From positions 1-30,677 of IMG/VR virus record IMGVR_UViG_3300048819_000066: a DNA stretch of 30,677 nucleotides; one strand, 5' to 3'. Positions 27,190 through 30,677 of this stretch are shown one piece after another (positions within the stretch are counted from its first letter, which is position 1; every line of letters starts with the position of its first letter). The notes under the pieces were generated by a model that searched no databases, was not told the DNA's origin, and was given only the letters and a program-made list of their open reading frames with translations. A program made the position numbers and the translations under genes. The DNA is from a virus. Its lineage: Duplodnaviria; Caudoviricetes.

Positions 27190-27698
27190 TCATTCCCCTT
27201 GGCCGTCTGATTAGGACTATTTTTGCGCTCTACAGTAACAATTGTATCGTTGTGGGCGGCACCATGAGAAACGAGAAGAATTTCTTCGATTTCAAATCCC
27301 CTAGATTTTCCAAGTCCATTGCTATTCCACCCGAAAGAAATGCATAGACCTCCTGGTTGAATTATCAATGAGGCCCTGTTCTTTTCTTCTGTCCACTGAT
27401 TTTGAGTATCCTCCTTGGAGACGGCCAACCCGATACTTTTATAACATTCGCTTATTTGTCTTGGCGAATAAGGAGGATCAAATAGAACCCCGCGCATAGA
27501 AGAATATGGGAAATTTCTTAACGTCTCAATAGCTGAAAAGCCTGTGCTTAAATCTTGGGATGTTTCTGCAATACTTGAACTTCCACAGAATGGATCTATC
27601 CAACCTATGCCAACCTCATATCTTGCAAGAAGTTCTTTTATTGGCGTTATTTTAAATGTCCATCTATTTGGCATGGCCCAAACGCGCTCTATCCTCAT
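27186..27698 (-). CDS. Adenine-specific DNA methyltransferase-like protein
   Basis: Motif I IDPFCG followed by motif IV LFDPPY. WAMPNRWTF N-terminus typical of this short phage family. Confidence 0.75.
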   Translation of the reverse strand: MRIERVWAMPNRWTFKITPIKELLARYEVGIGWIDPFCGSSSIAETSQDLSTGFSAIETLRNFPYSSMRGVLFDPPYSPRQISECYKSIGLAVSKEDTQNQWTEEKNRASLIIQPGGLCISFGWNSNGLGKSRGFEIEEILLVSHGAAHNDTIVTVERKNSPNQTAKGNE

Positions 27699-28018
27699 TC
27701 TTCACCTCTGGTGGTCTGATTAGGAGTGCATTTTACAGGCTTTAACTTAACTTCAGCGCCGCATTGGGCGCATGTGCCTTCCCATGGTTGATGCTTTCCG
27801 TAGACAGTGCGCACTTTATCTTCGGGATGTTCACATTTATTTTCCATTGTTAGTCCTTTGATGACGACGAATTTTATCTTTAATCGAATAATCAGTGTCC
27901 AAAACACTCTTTTAAACCAAGGATCAAGTCTGGCATTTACCTCAGTGATTGTTTTTTCATCCCATGGATTGTGCTGGCAAGGATAGTGCCAACAATCGCA
28001 AGCTCTAAAATAACTCAT
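27695..28018 (-). CDS. Cys-rich hypothetical protein; probably two fused cassettes (internal start at 27847, MENKCEH...CAQC)
   Basis: Internal SD AAAGGA plus ATG at 27847, just after the 15-bp junction repeat. Confidence 0.5.
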   Translation of the reverse strand: MSYFRACDCWHYPCQHNPWDEKTITEVNARLDPWFKRVFWTLIIRLKIKFVVIKGLTMENKCEHPEDKVRTVYGKHQPWEGTCAQCGAEVKLKPVKCTPNQTTRGEE

Positions 28019-28134
28019 TTTCCTGCCGTCCTTTGATGACGAACATCGCTCTTATCCGTTTTCCTAGATCCACACCAGTTGAACCACTGCCCATGGTTGA
28101 AATTTCATTTGCTCTCCTTTGATAACTATCCTTC

Positions 28135-28158
28135 ATTGCGTCCAACGCTAGCTTCGCT
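28135..28158 (-). repeat. 24-bp double-hairpin element, copy 3 (AGCGAAGCTAGCGTTGGACGCAAT)
   Basis: Overlaps the TAG stop of the upstream ORF and supplies the ATG (28136) of a 43-aa ORF ending at 28005. Confidence 0.95.
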
Positions 28159-28351
28159 ATGACCATGACCGTGACCCTGACCATGACCCTGACCCTGACC
28201 CTGACCATGACCGTGACCCTGACCGTGACCCTGACTCTGACCCTGACCATGACCGTGACCCTGACTCTGACCATGACCGTGACCCTGACTCTGACCATGA
28301 CCATGGCCCTGACAACAATGATCTATTTCTGTAACTTTTAGGACTATACAT
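28157..28351 (-). CDS. Low-complexity X-Ser dipeptide-repeat protein (W/G/R/E-S x24)
   Basis: ATG at 28351 with SD GGAGG inside element copy 4. Encoded by the hexamer array. Confidence 0.55.
   Translation of the reverse strand: MYSPKSYRNRSLLSGPWSWSESGSRSWSESGSRSWSGSESGSRSGSRSWSGSGSGSWSGSRSWS
28160..28303. repeat. Hexamer microsatellite, 24 units of TGACC[A/C/G] or TGACTC
   Basis: Directly visible tandem array. Confidence 0.95.
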
Positions 28352-28376
28352 TGCGGCCTCCAACGCTAGCTTCGCT
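28350..28376 (-). repeat. Element copy 4, 27-bp variant (AGCGAAGCTAGCGTTGGAGGCCGCAAT)
   Basis: A 3-nt insertion creates a GGAGG SD. Fills the gap between the TAA at 28378 and the next ATG. Confidence 0.85.
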
Positions 28377-28377
28377 C

Positions 28378-28647
28378 TTAGCTCTTACTTTTTCCGAATG
28401 ATTCGATCATTCCGCGTTGGACATACCATTCTTTAGAATTCAATTTTTGAATATCAGCATAGTTTTTATCTGACCAAGATCCAACGCCATAAACAATAGC
28501 AGCATCATCTAGTTTAACAAATGTGTCATTAACTCCGATGATTACACCTTCGTAGAAGTAACCAGCGCACATTATTAAAACTCTTTCTCCTAGTAAAGAT
28601 TCTAAGCCTTCACCTTGTATTTCAGTAACCGAAACTATCTTTTTCAT
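28378..28647 (-). CDS. Small Sm/LSm-like beta-barrel protein
   Basis: LLGERVLI...YEGVIIGVNDTFVKLDDA resembles an Sm1 motif. Confidence 0.55.
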   Translation of the reverse strand: MKKIVSVTEIQGEGLESLLGERVLIMCAGYFYEGVIIGVNDTFVKLDDAAIVYGVGSWSDKNYADIQKLNSKEWYVQRGMIESFGKSKS

Positions 28648-28799
28648 TTCTCATCCTTCCTGTTAGTCTGATCGTCTGGAGTGCTATCGGACTCTCTTAG
28701 CTCATCCCACTTACAAAACCAGTAGTGAGTGCATTCTTCAAGATATTCTGAAAGCCAACTTACGACGCAATAAATGCCCCAATATAATTTAAGTCTCAT
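28644..28799 (-). CDS. 51-aa hypothetical protein (not in the ORF track)
   Basis: MRLKLYWG...TPDDQTNRKDEK. ATGA-coupled to 28647. Confidence 0.5.
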   Translation of the reverse strand: MRLKLYWGIYCVVSWLSEYLEECTHYWFCKWDELRESDSTPDDQTNRKDEK

Positions 28800-28801
28800 T
28801 T

Positions 28802-28924
28802 TTATAAACTATCCTTTAGTGCTACAAACACAAACACAATTAAAAGTACTGCATAAACAACATCCATGATAAGTAGCTTTCGTTCTTTGAAGGTTAGGCT
28901 GTAGTAGTAATTAAGGGGATTCAT
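28802..28924 (-). CDS. 40-aa membrane peptide (not in the ORF track)
   Basis: SD GAGGT. Sequence MNPLNYYYSLTFKERKLLIMDVVYAVLLIVFVFVALKDSL. Confidence 0.5.
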   Translation of the reverse strand: MNPLNYYYSLTFKERKLLIMDVVYAVLLIVFVFVALKDSL

Positions 28925-28943
28925 ATATTTACCTCAATCATGC

Positions 28944-29153
28944 TCATTGCATATCACTTTCTGAAACTTTAGTTATCTGAATTTTGTATTTAATGTTTTC
29001 ATCTTCACCACAATAGATAGTAGCACCAGTGGAGTTTTCATCTTCTTCAAGAAGTTTTATTATCTCACGAACTTGCCTTGAAGCTGATTCATCTATAGTC
29101 TTAGATTCTTCATCTACATTAAATTCAAAATCTCTTATATCATTCATGCGCAT
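28944..29153 (-). CDS. Acidic hypothetical protein
   Basis: SD AAGGAGG. Strongly D/E-rich. Confidence 0.6.
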   Translation of the reverse strand: MRMNDIRDFEFNVDEESKTIDESASRQVREIIKLLEEDENSTGATIYCGEDENIKYKIQITKVSESDMQ

Positions 29154-29206
29154 CCTCCTTCTAAGACCCCGCTACTGTTGTTAACAAAAATCAACCTAAA
29201 GGCATC

Positions 29207-29230
29207 ATTGCGTCCAACGCAAGCTTCGCT
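29207..29230 (-). repeat. 24-bp double-hairpin element, copy 5
   Basis: Exact match to copy 1 (reverse complement). Confidence 0.95.
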
Positions 29231-29245
29231 TATACAGCAGCGGGG

Positions 29246-29269
29246 ATTGCGTCCAACGCAAGCTTCGCT
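29246..29269 (-). repeat. 24-bp double-hairpin element, copy 6
   Basis: Exact match. 15 nt from copy 5 and 2 nt after the TGA of the methyltransferase gene. Confidence 0.95.
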
Positions 29270-29271
29270 AA

Positions 29272-30042
29272 TCATTTCAGCTTCCCTATCAATACCATTA
29301 CTGGATTATCAGCATAATTAAAACTATATTCTGGAAACAATCTAAACGCTTCAGCAATGAACTCATTCGGAGTGTAAGCTCTTAAGTGATGAATTCCTTC
29401 TTTGTCCCAGTTAGGTGTTCCACTTTCAAATGTATATTTAGGAGTTGATAATAAAACATATTCTGGCAACACCTTACACTTGCGATCAAAGGCGTATCTA
29501 ATCTCATCTACATTGCTTAGATGCTCGATAATCTCGTAAGCCACGAATATACTAGTGTTGGACGCATAGCCTTCACAGCTTGCTATATAATCATCGACAT
29601 AGTGTTTAAGTAATATTTCTTTAGCTGATGCTTTCGCTTCGCTGTTTAAAGTTAAGCATTCATAAGTGAAGTTAAGCTTTGCTATGCAAAGACCAATAGC
29701 GAAAGTAAAATCACCAGGTCCCATGTCGACAATGTGTGGAACTATGTTATTATCATTGAATTCTTTAACTGTATTTCTTAAGCATACACCTCGCATAGTG
29801 GTATTAAGGAATTCATGAGACCATTCATTAGACTTTGGCAGCTCTCTAGAATCATGTAGAAGATCATAGGCAAGAGTGATGTTACAATTAATTTTTGCTA
29901 TGAGTTTTTTAATCGATTCTGGCTTATTATCTCTATAGTAGGCTGGTAAGTTATTAAGAAGTGCTAGAGCACGTTCTGTCTCATCGGCTTCCACTAATTG
30001 TTTCGCAGCATCTAAAAAAACATCTTCATTGAATCTAATCAT
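29272..30042 (-). CDS. Class I SAM-dependent methyltransferase with a helical N-terminal domain
   Basis: Motif I IVDMGPGD, plus AYEIIEHL, LLSTP and HLRAYT, typical of Methyltransf_11/23-like small-molecule or glycan methyltransferases. Confidence 0.7.
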   Translation of the reverse strand: MIRFNEDVFLDAAKQLVEADETERALALLNNLPAYYRDNKPESIKKLIAKINCNITLAYDLLHDSRELPKSNEWSHEFLNTTMRGVCLRNTVKEFNDNNIVPHIVDMGPGDFTFAIGLCIAKLNFTYECLTLNSEAKASAKEILLKHYVDDYIASCEGYASNTSIFVAYEIIEHLSNVDEIRYAFDRKCKVLPEYVLLSTPKYTFESGTPNWDKEGIHHLRAYTPNEFIAEAFRLFPEYSFNYADNPVMVLIGKLK

Positions 30043-30677
30043 TTCAATCTCAATTCAAAGTATTGAACCGGAGGTTTTCGATACATTTCTAAATTAATAC
30101 CGATAAGATCGGGGATTTTAGCATACTCAATAGCTCCTTTTCGTTCAATCCATGAAGCGGTGACTCTGCCCCAGGCTAGGCTTTTATCTTTTGGTGTTAT
30201 TGATTTAAGGATTTCTTTTTCAGCATCGGCTATTTCCTGTAGTGCTTTGATTTGCAGAGTTACATCTTCATAATATTTAAGGTGTGCTACAATATCATCA
30301 CTTATTGGTTCACTAGGCGGTATACGAGTGACAACGCAGTTATGGAACCAAAGGGCTGTTTTAAGTAAAGTAGCTTGATGATCTTTATCTGCTTTTACTT
30401 CGACAGAATGGAACATGATACCCTTCTCATCTCTTTTACCATTAGTAGCAACATAGATTAGATTTTCACAACCTGTTACGAATAACTGCCATTGAAGTTG
30501 ATCAAGGTGATGTTTTGGTATGATGTCATTGCATATTAAATCAAAGTTTTCACGACCAACATACTTTATTTCAAGCACTAAGTTATCGTTTGGATTTATT
30601 GCTTCCATATATCCATCCAGCGAAGCTTTTGCCCATGGGTATTGATTATGAGATACGCATAGAGGCTCGAATGTTTC
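30039..30677 (-). CDS. YqaJ / lambda-exonuclease family recombination nuclease (5' end outside the window)
   Basis: Frame is open to the window edge: ...YPWAKASLDG...LVLEIKY...QLQWQLFVTG. Confidence 0.85.
   Translation of the reverse strand, partial: ETFEPLCVSHNQYPWAKASLDGYMEAINPNDNLVLEIKYVGRENFDLICNDIIPKHHLDQLQWQLFVTGCENLIYVATNGKRDEKGIMFHSVEVKADKDHQATLLKTALWFHNCVVTRIPPSEPISDDIVAHLKYYEDVTLQIKALQEIADAEKEILKSITPKDKSLAWGRVTASWIERKGAIEYAKIPDLIGINLEMYRKPPVQYFELRLK

Larger units (their letters stand above)
26762..28680 (-). repeat. Gene-junction repeat family TAGTCCTAATCAGACGGCCAAGGGG: 26768-26792 = 27195-27219; variants at 27695-27725 and about 28651-28684
   Basis: The 25-bp core is identical in two copies. 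Four ORFs end in [29 protein letters not shown] and TPDDQTNRKDEK. Confidence 0.8.

Noticed and set aside
28005-28341. Val-Arg/Met-Val (28005-28304, -) and Thr-Leu/Thr-Met (28159-28341, +) repeat ORFs
   Set aside because: These are alternative frames of the hexamer array. The X-Ser frame has the SD and a fitting start and stop.
24985-28684. Integron attC sites at the junction repeats
   Set aside because: No convincing RYYYAAC...GTTRRRY inverted-repeat structure and no integrase in the window.
29207-29269. Mini CRISPR array
   Set aside because: Only two repeats, with a 15-nt spacer that is part of a stem. Other copies are dispersed and no cas genes are present.
1-30677. Alternative genetic code (stop-codon reassignment)
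   Set aside because: TAA, TGA and TAG all end genes at coupled junctions, and the long ORFs are intact in the standard code. Reading through the terL TGA meets a TAA four codons later.

Overview
A 30.7 kb, AT-rich fragment of a tailed dsDNA phage genome. It is probably podovirus-like: portal, scaffold, major capsid, adaptor, nozzle and ejection-type genes are present, and no tape measure or sheath gene is recognisable. The + strand (44-24867) carries the packaging, virion and putative lysis genes. The - strand (24875-30677) is a converging accessory/early arm with a YqaJ-type exonuclease, a SAM methyltransferase, two adenine DNA methyltransferases (one with an in-frame TAA), a PAPS-reductase-like gene and many mini-ORFs. 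Five features stand out. (1) The terminase large subunit is split at the ATPase/nuclease boundary into two genes separated by two non-endonuclease ORFs. (2) A 24-bp double-hairpin element, AGCGAAG[C/A]T[A/T]GCGTTGGACGCAAT, occurs six times, always co-oriented with transcription, both in-frame inside genes and at gene junctions. (3) A GT2-TPR-GT4 glycosyltransferase sits inside the virion operon, whose proteins are rich in G-x-[S/T], suggesting virion glycosylation. (4) Three tandem paralogous capsid-associated genes follow the major capsid gene. (5) Several short direct-repeat families mark gene junctions in the accessory arm, giving it a cassette-like layout. All functional calls come from motifs and gene order read by eye; no database searches were run.
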